Assembly: GCA_963662465.1 (NCBI GenBank)
Contig: OY759599.1
Location: 2,304,001-2,368,000 of the forward strand
Length of the DNA: 64,000 nucleotides
Reading direction: 5' to 3'
Source of the DNA: Desulfatiglandales bacterium
Lineage (GTDB): Bacteria; Desulfobacterota; DSM-4660; Desulfatiglandales; Desulfatiglandaceae
The notes under the pieces are model-generated. The model was not told where the DNA came from, made no database searches, and saw only the letters and a program-made list of their open reading frames with translations. A program made the position numbers and the translations under genes. Of this stretch, positions 1 to 10,001 are shown piece after piece (the stretch's first letter is position 1; each line of letters starts with the position of its first letter).

Positions 1-681
1 AAAATCCTGACCGGCAGCCCGGTGACCCATGTCACCAAATCCAACAACGCCTGTGCCGTATCCCTGGAAAACGGGTTGGATCTATCCGCCCACTTGCTGC
101 TGGTGGCCAAAGGCGTCAATGCCTGTAAGGAGTACCTGAATGGCTCGGGCGTTGAAACGGACGTGGGCATACTGGTGGATGACACCATGCAGACCAGCGT
201 TAACAATGTCTGGGCCGCGGGCGATGTGGCTCAGGCCACAAATTTTTTCGATGCAGACAAAATCATGAACGGTATTTTGCCCGATGCATCGGAGCAGGGT
301 AAAATCGCGGGGATGGCCATGGCCGATGATCCGGGCCTTGAGTCTTATGGCGGCGGTATCTCCATGAACACCTACAACTTTTTCAACAACCGCGCCTTTG
401 CCATCGGCATGTGCGGCAGCTCAGGAAAACTGGCCTGTCTCCCCTGCGGCCTCGATAATCTGGAAATGGACAAAGTATTTTCACCCACCAGCATGCGCTA
501 TCAAAAGATGGTCTTTCAAGACAATCGACTGATGGGAGTGGCTTCCATCAACACGGAAATCGACCCGGGCGTCATGCTTCAGATTATTCGAAAAAAACTG
601 GATCTTACGGGCATAAAGGAAGCGCTTGCCCGCGATCCCCTTGACGCCGGGCGACTGCTCATGACCAAAACCTGGCGTTAA
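1..681 (+). CDS. padH: FAD-dependent NAD(P)H oxidoreductase, probable phenylglyoxylate dehydrogenase epsilon subunit (5'-truncated by window)
   Basis: Frame open from base 1; pyridine nucleotide-disulfide oxidoreductase motif (TSVNNVWAAGDVA); directly upstream of a PadI-like gene. Confidence 0.7.
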   Translation, partial: KILTGSPVTHVTKSNNACAVSLENGLDLSAHLLLVAKGVNACKEYLNGSGVETDVGILVDDTMQTSVNNVWAAGDVAQATNFFDADKIMNGILPDASEQGKIAGMAMADDPGLESYGGGISMNTYNFFNNRAFAIGMCGSSGKLACLPCGLDNLEMDKVFSPTSMRYQKMVFQDNRLMGVASINTEIDPGVMLQIIRKKLDLTGIKEALARDPLDAGRLLMTKTWR

Positions 682-748
682 AATTCGCCTAAAAGATTCA
701 AACCGTAAAAAAAAATTCAATATCTTAAACATAAGAGGAGATAAGATC

Positions 749-2077
749 TTGGGTAAAAGTTATAAAACCATCGCCTTCCATCCGGAAAAATGCAATGGAT
801 GTAATGATTGCATTGAGGCCTGCGCCAGGATCAAAACCGACACAACTGAGCCGCTACACTCCCGCATCAGCATCGTGAAAGAGCCGGAGGGCAGAACCTT
901 CGGCCTTTCCCTGTGCAGACAATGCGGAGACCCGGACTGTGTCACAAACTGTCCGGCAGGGGCGTTAACCAAGAATGAGGACACCGGCGTCGTAGAATGG
1001 GACGACACAAAATGCGTGGGTTGTCTGATCTGCACCCTGTCTTGCCCCTATGCAGGCATTACCTTTAACAAATCAACCAAAGAAGTCATGAAATGCGATC
1101 AGTGCGGCGGGGATCCCCAATGCGTCAAGGTATGCAAAACCGGCGCGCTGGAATTCAAGCACGAATCTGACATCTTTAACGAATGGGGAGATGTAGAAGA
1201 TCTCTTCGTTCCCGGAATCTCAGCATGTCTGGGATGCAACTCTGAGCTTCTCATGCGCCACACCCTGCGGAAAGTGGGGCCCAACACGGTCCTGGCAACG
1301 CCTCCCGGCTGTATTGCGGGAATCGGGTCCGTGGGCGTCAACGGCTTCACAGCCACCAAAGTCCCGGTGTTTCATCCGCTCTTGACCAACACGGCCTCCA
1401 TGCTGGCCGGCGCCCGCCGATACTACAATCGCATCGGCAGGGATGTCACCATGCTGGCGCTGGCCGGGGACGGGGGCACCGCGGATGTTGGATTTCAATC
1501 CCTGTCGGGGGCTGCCGAGCGCGGCGAGCAGATCATTTATATCTGCATCGATAACGAAGGGTACATGAATACGGGCGTGCAGCGATCTTCCACCACGCCT
1601 TATGGGTCATGGACCACCACCACCCCTGTGGGCTCGGTGCTGCGAGGCAAGACACAAGATGCAAAACCCATGGCCATCCTGATGATGATGCATAACTGCG
1701 AATATGTGGCCACTGCCTCCACCGCCTTTATGGATGACTATTATGATAAACTGGAAAAGGCCATTCAGGCGGCCAAAAAAGGGATGGCATATATTCATGT
1801 GTTTTCGCCCTGCCCCACGGGATGGCGCTTTCCGCCGGCCAAATTGATCGAAGTCAGCCGAAAGGGCGTGGAAACCAATCTGGTTCCCCTGTGGGAATAC
1901 CACAAGGATGAGGGTAAACTCCATTTCACCCATAGCATCGACAACCCGCTGCCGGTTCAGGAATATCTGAAACTGGTGGGTAAATTCCGCCACATGGATC
2001 CGGAACAGATCGCTCATATCCAGGGACATGTGGATAAGACCATTAAAACCTTGAAAGGCTTTACCGGTGATAAGTGA
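749..2077 (+). CDS. padI: 2-oxoacid:acceptor oxidoreductase beta subunit with N-terminal 4Fe-4S ferredoxin domain (phenylglyoxylate dehydrogenase beta subunit)
   Basis: N-terminal CxxCxxCxxxC(P) clusters fused to a TPP-binding domain (ACLGC, GDGG, DNEGYMNTGVQ, PCPTGW); GAGGAG RBS before TTG; this fusion architecture is that of PadI. Confidence 0.8.
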   Translation: MGKSYKTIAFHPEKCNGCNDCIEACARIKTDTTEPLHSRISIVKEPEGRTFGLSLCRQCGDPDCVTNCPAGALTKNEDTGVVEWDDTKCVGCLICTLSCPYAGITFNKSTKEVMKCDQCGGDPQCVKVCKTGALEFKHESDIFNEWGDVEDLFVPGISACLGCNSELLMRHTLRKVGPNTVLATPPGCIAGIGSVGVNGFTATKVPVFHPLLTNTASMLAGARRYYNRIGRDVTMLALAGDGGTADVGFQSLSGAAERGEQIIYICIDNEGYMNTGVQRSSTTPYGSWTTTTPVGSVLRGKTQDAKPMAILMMMHNCEYVATASTAFMDDYYDKLEKAIQAAKKGMAYIHVFSPCPTGWRFPPAKLIEVSRKGVETNLVPLWEYHKDEGKLHFTHSIDNPLPVQEYLKLVGKFRHMDPEQIAHIQGHVDKTIKTLKGFTGDK

Positions 2078-2107
2078 CAAGTGATAAGTAACGAGTGACA
2101 AGTGACG
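2066..2107 (+). repeat. Degenerate heptamer tandem repeat x6 (AGTGACA-like)
   Basis: GGTGATA AGTGACA AGTGATA AGTAACG AGTGACA AGTGACG spanning the padI stop codon. Confidence 0.8.
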
Positions 2108-2141
2108 AGAAATGTCAAGTTTTGATAAACGGAGGTTTTCA

Positions 2142-4763
2142 ATGAACAACCAGCCAGTTCTAAATTCCATGAAACCGGGGAAGTGGATTCCCACCACCTG
2201 CAAGATGTGTTTGCATTCCTGCAACACCCTTGCCCATGTGACGACCGATGGGATCGTCAACAAGATTGAAGGCAATCCCACCAGTCCGAGCAACGGCCCC
2301 GGGCTCTGCCCCAAGGGCAACTGCTCTTTGTTGCGGCTTTACGACCCCAACCGCATCAAAACGCCCATGAAACGCACCAACCCCAAAAAAGGACCCATGG
2401 AAGACCCCAAATGGGTTCCCATCACCTGGGATGAAGCCCTTGAGACCGTGGGCAGGGAACTCAAAAAAACCTATGATGAAGATCCTCGGAAGCTCCTCAC
2501 CGCCATCAACGACTTCCAGAAACTGTACCTGTGGGCCTGGCCCGCGGCATTCGGCGGCAACGCCAACTACTTCACAGTAGTTGGCACCCTTTGCGGCGCC
2601 GGCTATCATCCCATGAACGGTATGATCCATCGCACCTTTGCGGCCGGCAATGATTATGATCATAGCAATTATTGGCTCAACGTGGGCGGCGGGGATGGTT
2701 TTTCATCCCACCTCCATGTGGCGGCGGCGGCACGCGCCATGGCCCACAATCGCGTGGAAAAAGGAACAAAAGTCAAAATTGTCGAGCCCCGTCTTTCCAT
2801 CGGCGGCGCCAAGGCGGATGAATGGATTCCCATCCGGCCTGCAACGGATCGTCAGTTCGCCCTGGGCCTGTGCCAGGTGTTGATTGAAGAAAATCTTTTT
2901 GACATCAAATCCATCAAAAAGGATACCAATGCCGTCTATTTGGTGGGCCCTGACGGACTCTTCGTGCGCAACAAGGAAGGACAGGTCCATGTCTGGGATC
3001 CGGAAGACAACAAAGCCAAAGTCTGGAATGACGAAACCATCAAAGACTTTGCACTGGAAGGGACCTATAAGGTGGAAGGCGTTACCTGCAAGCCCGCTTT
3101 CCAGCTCTTTAAGGACATCCTGAAAGACTGTACCCCGGAAAAAATATCCAAGATCACCACGATTCCCGCTGATACCATCATTCGTCTCGCCCGTGAATTG
3201 GCGGAAGCGGCCATGATCGGTTCCACCATCGATATCGACGGCCGAACCCTCCCATACCGACCCGGCGCCCTCAACTACTATCGCGGCGCTCAAGGTCGTA
3301 AAAAGTCCAGCCAGACCAATCATTCGTTCAAACTGGTGAACATGCTTTTAGGCGGTATCGACACCCCCGGCGGCCATTGCGGCATGACGCTGGATGATTT
3401 TTACGTTGATTTCAACCATGCCTATGATGAAGGTCCCTGGTGGGCAGCCAACACCAGCGAAAACGGCATGATGGATTGCGCGCCCCACCAGCTTCACCCG
3501 GAAGTGCCTTTTGCCTATCCTCCCAACACCACCCATATGATGGACTATTTTCCGCTGGGTGTGGACCCGGGGCACTTGAACAATATTACCCTGTTTGACC
3601 CGGATCATTGGGGATTTGACTTTTATCCGGACACCATGCTCATCTGTCATTCCAATCCCCTGTGGAACCTTCCCGGGGACCAGACCCGTTACTTTGAAAT
3701 CATGCGGCGCATGCGTTTCATCGTAGGCATCGACGTCCTGGTTAACGAAACCAATATCTGGGCCGACATTCTGCTGCCCGCCCATGACACCCTGGAATCC
3801 TGGAACCAGACCATGATCGAGCCCCCCAACACCGAGGGTATGTGCCTGCGCCAGCCGGTCATTCCACCGCTCTACGACAGCAAGAGCGAAGAGGAGATTT
3901 TTGCTGAAATTTCCGAGCGTGTAGGGATTCTTGAAAACTGGAATAACGTCATGAACTTTGGGCTACGATTCAACTTGAAGGAAGAGTTGATGCTGAAACC
4001 CGACGTCAAATACGGCGACAAGGAGATCGCTGAACGTCGCGGTCTGCTCTGGGACGGCCACGACCTGGAATGGTACAAGAAACACGGCCATTCCGTGACC
4101 AAACGCCGACCGGACAAATTTTACCGACCCTGGGAAGGGTTGCGCCTTATGTTTTACCTTGAGTTTATTTTGAATGAACGAAATAAGCTGAGGGCCAAAA
4201 TGGAAGAAGCCAAGGTGCCCTTTATTGACGAATGGGAATGGGACGACTATCAGGCCCTGCCCCTGCCGACCCTGGATCCCATGCATGAAGAACCGGCGGA
4301 ATACGACCTCTACGCCATCAGTTTCAAGGATGTGGCGCTCAATTTCACCGAAAACCTGAGCATCCCCTGGATTGACGATATCGTATTCAAGGACCCGGTT
4401 CACATGGGCGTTCTGATCAACCCCAAAACCGCGGCAGCGCGGGGGATTAAAAACGAAGACCTGATTCAACTCATGTCGCCCTATGGGCAAATCAAGGGGC
4501 TTGCCAAACTGACGGAAGGGGTTCACCCGGAAACCGTCGCGGTCTCCAATGCCCTGACCCGCTGGACTGCACACCATCCGGTTGTGGCGCCCGGCGGCGG
4601 CAATTTCAACCGAATGTTGCCGGCCAATCTTAAAAATACGGATGCCTGCAGCGGACAGCCCGAAACGGGGTGTAAGGTCAAAGTGACCCGGCTGCGCTCC
4701 AAACCGGATAACGTACGGGAAGTCTTTCTGAAGAATACCATGTTTAATGGTTATACCGCTTAA
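2142..4763 (+). CDS. padB: DMSO-reductase-family molybdopterin oxidoreductase catalytic subunit, probable phenylacetyl-CoA:acceptor oxidoreductase large subunit
   Basis: CKMCLHSC...LCPKG Fe-S motif, RIKTPMKRTNPKKG, WADILLP, C-terminal molybdopterin-dinucleotide domain; no Tat signal; start moved to ATG 2142 after GGAGG at 2131; context with padI and CoA ligase. Confidence 0.78.
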   Translation: MNNQPVLNSMKPGKWIPTTCKMCLHSCNTLAHVTTDGIVNKIEGNPTSPSNGPGLCPKGNCSLLRLYDPNRIKTPMKRTNPKKGPMEDPKWVPITWDEALETVGRELKKTYDEDPRKLLTAINDFQKLYLWAWPAAFGGNANYFTVVGTLCGAGYHPMNGMIHRTFAAGNDYDHSNYWLNVGGGDGFSSHLHVAAAARAMAHNRVEKGTKVKIVEPRLSIGGAKADEWIPIRPATDRQFALGLCQVLIEENLFDIKSIKKDTNAVYLVGPDGLFVRNKEGQVHVWDPEDNKAKVWNDETIKDFALEGTYKVEGVTCKPAFQLFKDILKDCTPEKISKITTIPADTIIRLARELAEAAMIGSTIDIDGRTLPYRPGALNYYRGAQGRKKSSQTNHSFKLVNMLLGGIDTPGGHCGMTLDDFYVDFNHAYDEGPWWAANTSENGMMDCAPHQLHPEVPFAYPPNTTHMMDYFPLGVDPGHLNNITLFDPDHWGFDFYPDTMLICHSNPLWNLPGDQTRYFEIMRRMRFIVGIDVLVNETNIWADILLPAHDTLESWNQTMIEPPNTEGMCLRQPVIPPLYDSKSEEEIFAEISERVGILENWNNVMNFGLRFNLKEELMLKPDVKYGDKEIAERRGLLWDGHDLEWYKKHGHSVTKRRPDKFYRPWEGLRLMFYLEFILNERNKLRAKMEEAKVPFIDEWEWDDYQALPLPTLDPMHEEPAEYDLYAISFKDVALNFTENLSIPWIDDIVFKDPVHMGVLINPKTAAARGIKNEDLIQLMSPYGQIKGLAKLTEGVHPETVAVSNALTRWTAHHPVVAPGGGNFNRMLPANLKNTDACSGQPETGCKVKVTRLRSKPDNVREVFLKNTMFNGYTA

Positions 4764-4775
4764 GGAGGGAAAGAA

Positions 4776-5390
4776 ATGCCACGATGGGGAATGGTTATTG
4801 ACTTACGGCGATGCATCGGTTGCAACGCCTGTACAATCGCCTGCAAACAAGAAAACACGACACCTGACGGAATACTGTTCACAAAAACAGTCAGCGAGGA
4901 AATCGGCACCTATCCCAATGTCACGAGGGCCTATATTCCACTCATCTGCAATCACTGCGATGACGCCCCCTGCGAACGGGTTTGTCCGACCGGGGCCACT
5001 TATACGACCGATACGGGGATCGTCATGGTGGATGAAAACAAATGCATCGGATGCGGGGCCTGCCATACGGCCTGTCCGTACAAAAACCGCTATAAACTGA
5101 CACAGGAACCCCTCGACAAGGGCCTTTATCGAACCGGTGAGCTGACCCCCTTTGAGAAACAGGGTTACGGCAGGTGGGTTGTGGGAACGGCGGTGAAATG
5201 CACCTTCTGCCATGAGCGCGTGGAACAGGGACTGGATCCCGCCTGCGTCGTGACTTGCCCCACGGAAGCCAGGGTTTTTGGCGACCTGGATGATCCGGAC
5301 AGCAAACCCCGCAAACTCATTCAGGCACGAAAAGGCTATCAGCCTCTGGCCCAGTTCAACACCAAACCCAAGGTGTTCTACGTGGAATAA
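4776..5390 (+). CDS. padC: 4Fe-4S dicluster electron-transfer subunit (DmsB/NrfC-like)
   Basis: RWGMVIDLRRCIGCNAC, CNHCDDAPCERVCP, CIGCGACHTACPY, KCTFC...PACVVTCP. Confidence 0.8.
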   Translation: MPRWGMVIDLRRCIGCNACTIACKQENTTPDGILFTKTVSEEIGTYPNVTRAYIPLICNHCDDAPCERVCPTGATYTTDTGIVMVDENKCIGCGACHTACPYKNRYKLTQEPLDKGLYRTGELTPFEKQGYGRWVVGTAVKCTFCHERVEQGLDPACVVTCPTEARVFGDLDDPDSKPRKLIQARKGYQPLAQFNTKPKVFYVE

Positions 5391-5463
5391 ACATTCGGCT
5401 TAGAACCTTGTTTTATAAAAAAGGATACTTAGTCTATAATCTAGCGCTTAGAGAGGTAAACAA

Positions 5464-6348
5464 ATGGATTCAAAAATTTATAACCTCGTTGGAGAGGAAT
5501 TTGAGCTTGGCTACCGCCACCAGGATCTCTGGGGATGGGAAATCGCCTTTGCTTTCTTTTTCGGCGAGGTCGGAACCGGTTTTTTCTTTTTCTCCGCCAT
5601 CTACGGCTTTACCGCCGGAATGATCCTAGGTTGGCTCATGGCGGCGGTCTGCAAACCCATTGCCCTTTTCATGCATCTGGGGCAACCCAAACGATTCTGG
5701 CGCGCCATTATGGGCATCAGGCATTCATGGATCAGTCGAGGCGTGTTTTTTACGATATTTTTCACCGGTTTCGGTTTTATTCACATGATTAACCATGCCT
5801 GGCCGTTTTTGTCCCAGAATCTCACGTCATTTGTGTTTGTGGTCACCATGGTGAGTTGCCTGGGCGTTATGATTTACCTGGGATTCGTACTCTCCTATTC
5901 GCCTGCCATTCCCCTGTGGAACAGCGGCATCATGCCTATCCTCAGCGTCCTTTACGGCTGTCTCGGCGGCACCACTTTAGTGTTGTTGTTCGGTTACCAC
6001 ACATTTCTGACGCCTGAAGCGGCACAGACCGTAAAAATCATGGAACTGGTGCTTGTCTGCTTCACTTTCGTTTCGCTTCTCAGTTTTCTGCACAGCGCGA
6101 CCTATGTGAGCAGTGCGGGCAATAAGTCCGTCAAACTGCTATTAAAAGAAAAATTTGCCGTGTGGTTTATCCCCGCGGTTATCATTGTGGGAATTCTCAT
6201 GACCGCGATGCTCATGTACTATGGCTCGGTCTCCGTTGTGGTACTTTTGATCATCGCCATCGCGGAACTGATCGGGGACATCGGACTTAAAATTCTTCTT
6301 TTCAAGGCAGGCACCTTTGAGCCGACGCTGTCGCATTCTCGTTTTTGA
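5464..6348 (+). CDS. padD: NrfD/DmsC-like polytopic membrane anchor subunit
   Basis: Many TM segments; HLGQPKRFWRA and SWISRG motifs typical of NrfD family. Confidence 0.75.
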   Translation: MDSKIYNLVGEEFELGYRHQDLWGWEIAFAFFFGEVGTGFFFFSAIYGFTAGMILGWLMAAVCKPIALFMHLGQPKRFWRAIMGIRHSWISRGVFFTIFFTGFGFIHMINHAWPFLSQNLTSFVFVVTMVSCLGVMIYLGFVLSYSPAIPLWNSGIMPILSVLYGCLGGTTLVLLFGYHTFLTPEAAQTVKIMELVLVCFTFVSLLSFLHSATYVSSAGNKSVKLLLKEKFAVWFIPAVIIVGILMTAMLMYYGSVSVVVLLIIAIAELIGDIGLKILLFKAGTFEPTLSHSRF

Positions 6349-6531
6349 TAGCGCACGGCGTTATATTTAAAAAAACAAGGACCTTGTCGGCCATAAACCG
6401 GCAACGGTCCTTGAATTGCGGATGCCGGGCAAAAATGGAAATTTCTTCCTTTTTTGCCCGACGTCTTTGACTCATCAGCTGTGGACGGAATCTGATTCCG
6501 GTGTAAAACCCAGCGGATGTTCGAGGAAAAA

Positions 6532-7167
6532 ATGGAAGATTTTGAAACATTGCTGGCCCGGTCCGTTCAACATCACGGTCACCTGTGTTCCGGACAAGTG
6601 ATAGGGGTTCGCATGGCCATGCTGGGATGCCGCTTGATCGGCATCGATGATCCCTATAAAGATATCAAAAAAATCATCGTATTTGTGGAAATTGATCGAT
6701 GCGCCAGTGATTCCATTGCCGTGGTAACGGGATGTAAACTGGGACGTCGGTCCCTGAAATTTATCGATAACGGCATTATGGCGGCCTCTTTTCTTAACCT
6801 GGAAACCTGTGACGCCTATCGCATCAGCGCCACGGAACGATCCCGCGATCTTGCCAGAAAATATGCCCCCCACATCAAAAACATTCGGGAAAGGCAGCTT
6901 CATGCCTATCGCATTATGCCCACCTCGGAGTTGTTCAAAATAGAAGAAGTTAAAATCGACCTTCAAAAACTGGACATGCCGGGACCCACCAAACGAAAGG
7001 CGGTATGCAGCCAGTGCGGGGAAACCGTCCGAGACGGAAAAGAGATCATCAGGGACGGCAGGGTTTACTGCAAGCCCTGTGCGGGCAATTCCTACTTTCT
7101 GCCCCAAAGAACCTGCGAAATCGAATCCGAATGGGACAACATGTCCACCATGAGAGAAATCATATGA
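6532..7167 (+). CDS. FmdE-family protein with C-terminal zinc finger
   Basis: HHGHLCSGQVIGVRM, EIDRCASDSIAVVTGC, CSQCGE...CKPC; start placed at ATG 6532 after GAGG. Confidence 0.85.
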   Translation: MEDFETLLARSVQHHGHLCSGQVIGVRMAMLGCRLIGIDDPYKDIKKIIVFVEIDRCASDSIAVVTGCKLGRRSLKFIDNGIMAASFLNLETCDAYRISATERSRDLARKYAPHIKNIRERQLHAYRIMPTSELFKIEEVKIDLQKLDMPGPTKRKAVCSQCGETVRDGKEIIRDGRVYCKPCAGNSYFLPQRTCEIESEWDNMSTMREII

Positions 7168-8195
7168 TTGAAAAAGTACCGTTTTCCGAAATTGTCGGCT
7201 CGGAATTATCCCATGATGTCACCGAAATCAGGCCCGGCCAGTTTAAAGGCGCCGCCTTTAGAAAAGGCCATATTGTCAATGAATGCGATTGCGCCCATTT
7301 TAAACGGTTAGGCAAGGAAAATTTTTACAAAATATCCCTTGAAGAAGACGAATACCATGAAAATGAAGCGGCTGAAATTATGAGCCGCGCACTGTGCGGC
7401 GAAGGAGTGTCATGGTTCGAACCGCCCCACGAGGGTAAAATCGTTCTCCGGGCCAAACATGGAGGACTGCTTAAAATCAATGTGGAAGCCCTGGCCCGTT
7501 TCAACATGATCCACTCGGTCATGTGCGCCACCATCCACAGCAACAGTGTGGTGAAAAAGGGGGAAATTGTAGCCGCAACCCGGACCATACCGCTGGTGGT
7601 CAAGAAATCCATCATCCATGACGCGGCAAGGGTGGCCGAAGCGGTGGGAGGCATTGCCCATGTGAAACCGCTTCGCCGAGCACGCACCGGAATCGTGATC
7701 ACGGGCAATGAGGTCTTCAACGGCATCATCAAAGACCAGTTCGAGCCGATTTTGCGGAAAAAACTGGAATCCCTTGGGGCAGAGGTCATTCATGTTTGTT
7801 TTGCCCCCGACGACAAGGACGCCATCGCCGCCGGCGTCAAAGAATTATTGGGGCGGGGCGCGGACCTAATCATCACTTCAGGCGGCATGTCCGTAGACCC
7901 GGACGACGTCACCAAGGAAGGGGTCCGCGAGGCCGGCGCCGACCGATTGATCTATGGTTCCGCCGTGCTTCCCGGCGCCATGTTCATGGTAGCCTACATT
8001 GATAATGTGCCGGTTCTCGGCACCCCCGCATGCGGTCTTTTCCACAAGGTCACGGTGCTGGACTTGATCCTGCCGCGTGTATTGGCGGGAGATGTTGTGA
8101 CGGAAAAGGACATTGCCCTCTTAGGTCATGGCGGCCTCTGCATGAACTGCAAAACCTGCATCTATCCACGCTGCTCCTTTGGGAAAGGAACTTGA
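7164..8195 (+). CDS. Molybdopterin-binding protein (MoeA/MoCF_biosynth domain)
   Basis: HDVTEIRPGQFKGAAFRKGH, ITGNEV, SGGMSVDPDDVT, GGLCMNCKTCIYPRCSFGKG; ATGA overlap with the FmdE stop gives start 7164. Confidence 0.85.
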   Translation: MIEKVPFSEIVGSELSHDVTEIRPGQFKGAAFRKGHIVNECDCAHFKRLGKENFYKISLEEDEYHENEAAEIMSRALCGEGVSWFEPPHEGKIVLRAKHGGLLKINVEALARFNMIHSVMCATIHSNSVVKKGEIVAATRTIPLVVKKSIIHDAARVAEAVGGIAHVKPLRRARTGIVITGNEVFNGIIKDQFEPILRKKLESLGAEVIHVCFAPDDKDAIAAGVKELLGRGADLIITSGGMSVDPDDVTKEGVREAGADRLIYGSAVLPGAMFMVAYIDNVPVLGTPACGLFHKVTVLDLILPRVLAGDVVTEKDIALLGHGGLCMNCKTCIYPRCSFGKGT

Positions 8196-8226
8196 CAAAG
8201 TACCATTCCCATTTCAAAAATTTACC

Positions 8227-8256
8227 GAAAGCCCCATTCATTGGGGCTTTCTTTTT
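8227..8256 (+). terminator. Rho-independent terminator
   Basis: GAAAGCCCCA-TTCAT-TGGGGCTTTC followed by a T run, 30 nt after the stop. Confidence 0.75.
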
Positions 8257-8407
8257 ATTGACTCACAAGACCGAACCCATTACATTAACCCTAATTAAAA
8301 AAAATGCCATTTGATGAAGATCTTTGCGGGGAAAGGGGGTGAAAAACGCATAGGGATCTTTCCGGCGTTTAACGGTTACTTTAAATTTGAATAAGGAGTA
8401 TTTGAAA

Positions 8408-9433
8408 ATGAAGAAATCATTTTTGTCTTGTATGTGTTTTGCCTTTGTTATCGCCTTGTCTCTTTGTTTATCTCCCATTCAATCTCAAGCTAAACCCATC
8501 ACCCTCACCTATAGTAATTTTTTCCCACCTACCCATATTCAGTCAAAACTGGCGGACCAATGGTGTAAAGAAGTTGAAAAAAGAACCAGTGGCCGAATCA
8601 AGGTTCAGTACTTTCCCGGCCAGACCCTGACCAAGGCCAAACAGAATTACGACGGCGTCGTACAGGGGATGTCGGATATCGGGTTCTGCCTATTTGGCTA
8701 TACCCGAGGTCGCTTTCCGGTTATGGAAGTGATAGACCTTCCCCTGGGCTACCCATCAGGAACTGTGGCCACAAAAGTGGCCAATGATGTTTATAATGAA
8801 TTCAAACCCAAAGAACTCCAGGACGTTGAAGTTATGTATGTCCATGCTCATGGGCCCGGACTGCTGTTTACCCGTAAAAAACCCGTAAAAACCATGGAAG
8901 ATCTCAAAGGCATGAAGATCAGATCCCACGGAACATCCGCCAAAGTTGTTCAGGCTCTTGGTGGAACCGCTGTCGCCATGCCCATGCCCGAACTTTACCA
9001 GTCTTTGCAAAAAGGCGTTGTTGAAGGGGGCATCTATCCCATTGAGGTGAACAAGGGGTGGAAAATGGCCGAGGTCGTTGATTTCTGCACCCTGGATTTA
9101 CCCATTGCCAACACGTCCTCTTTTTATGTGGTCATGAACAAGGACAAATGGAATTCAATTTCCGACGAAGACAAAGCCACCATCAAACAAATCAATCAGG
9201 AATGGATCAGCAAACACGGCAAAGCCTGGGATGAAAGCGACGCCGAAGGCAAGGCATTCCTCATCCAAAAAGGGGGAAAAGTGATTCCCCTTTCACCTGA
9301 AGAAGGAGAAAAATGGAAAAAAGCCGTCTCCCCGGTTCTGGATGAGTATGCGGAAGCGGTTCAGAAAAAAGGACTGCCCGGCAAGGAAATGGTCATTTTC
9401 ACACAGGAAGCCCTTAAAAAATACACAGACTGA
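8408..9433 (+). CDS. dctP: TRAP transporter substrate-binding protein
   Basis: Signal peptide; DLKGMKIR, ALGGTAVAMPMPELYQSLQKGVVEG; AAGGAG RBS. Confidence 0.9.
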   Translation: MKKSFLSCMCFAFVIALSLCLSPIQSQAKPITLTYSNFFPPTHIQSKLADQWCKEVEKRTSGRIKVQYFPGQTLTKAKQNYDGVVQGMSDIGFCLFGYTRGRFPVMEVIDLPLGYPSGTVATKVANDVYNEFKPKELQDVEVMYVHAHGPGLLFTRKKPVKTMEDLKGMKIRSHGTSAKVVQALGGTAVAMPMPELYQSLQKGVVEGGIYPIEVNKGWKMAEVVDFCTLDLPIANTSSFYVVMNKDKWNSISDEDKATIKQINQEWISKHGKAWDESDAEGKAFLIQKGGKVIPLSPEEGEKWKKAVSPVLDEYAEAVQKKGLPGKEMVIFTQEALKKYTD

Positions 9434-9512
9434 TCACCCTGGTTCTTCCCGCCCTTTTTCACGAGGGCGGGACTTTCACCTCTAAGAACCCAATACATAG
9501 GGGAGGCAATTC

Positions 9513-10001
9513 TTGGAAACCGTAAACCGTCTGATTTATAAACTGGTGGATTGGGTCAAATATCTGGGAGGCACGGCATTGGTAGGCATGATGACCATCA
9601 CCACATTGGATGTCATCACCCGCTATTTCGGACATCCCATTTTCGGCGCCGTGGAGATTGTCAGTTTCATGGCCACCATTTTGCTGGCCTGCGCCATGCC
9701 CATGACCCATGTGGAAAACGGACACGTGGGCGTGGATCTGGTGGTTCGTTTGCTCGGCCCCCGAACCCAGGCGCTCATTGACGCCATCACCGGATTGCTG
9801 TCATTGACGTTGTTTGCTCTGATCTGCTGGCAGAGCTTACTGTATGCACAATCCATGAAAAAAACCGGCGAAGTCTCCATGAGCCTTGAGTTTCCCAGCT
9901 ACATTTTTGTTTATGTGGTTGCCGTGGCCTTTGGCGCGCTGGGGTTGGCCGTTATCCCCCAACTTTCAAACAACCTTCGAACACTTTTCGGGAAAAAATG
10001 A
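9513..10001 (+). CDS. dctQ: TRAP transporter small permease
   Basis: 4 TM segments, DVITRY, GHVGVD. Confidence 0.9.
   Translation: METVNRLIYKLVDWVKYLGGTALVGMMTITTLDVITRYFGHPIFGAVEIVSFMATILLACAMPMTHVENGHVGVDLVVRLLGPRTQALIDAITGLLSLTLFALICWQSLLYAQSMKKTGEVSMSLEFPSYIFVYVVAVAFGALGLAVIPQLSNNLRTLFGKK

Noticed and set aside
7005..7163. N-terminal extension of the MoeA-like ORF in the track
   Set aside because: Overlaps FmdE; the ATGA coupling at 7164 gives a better start.
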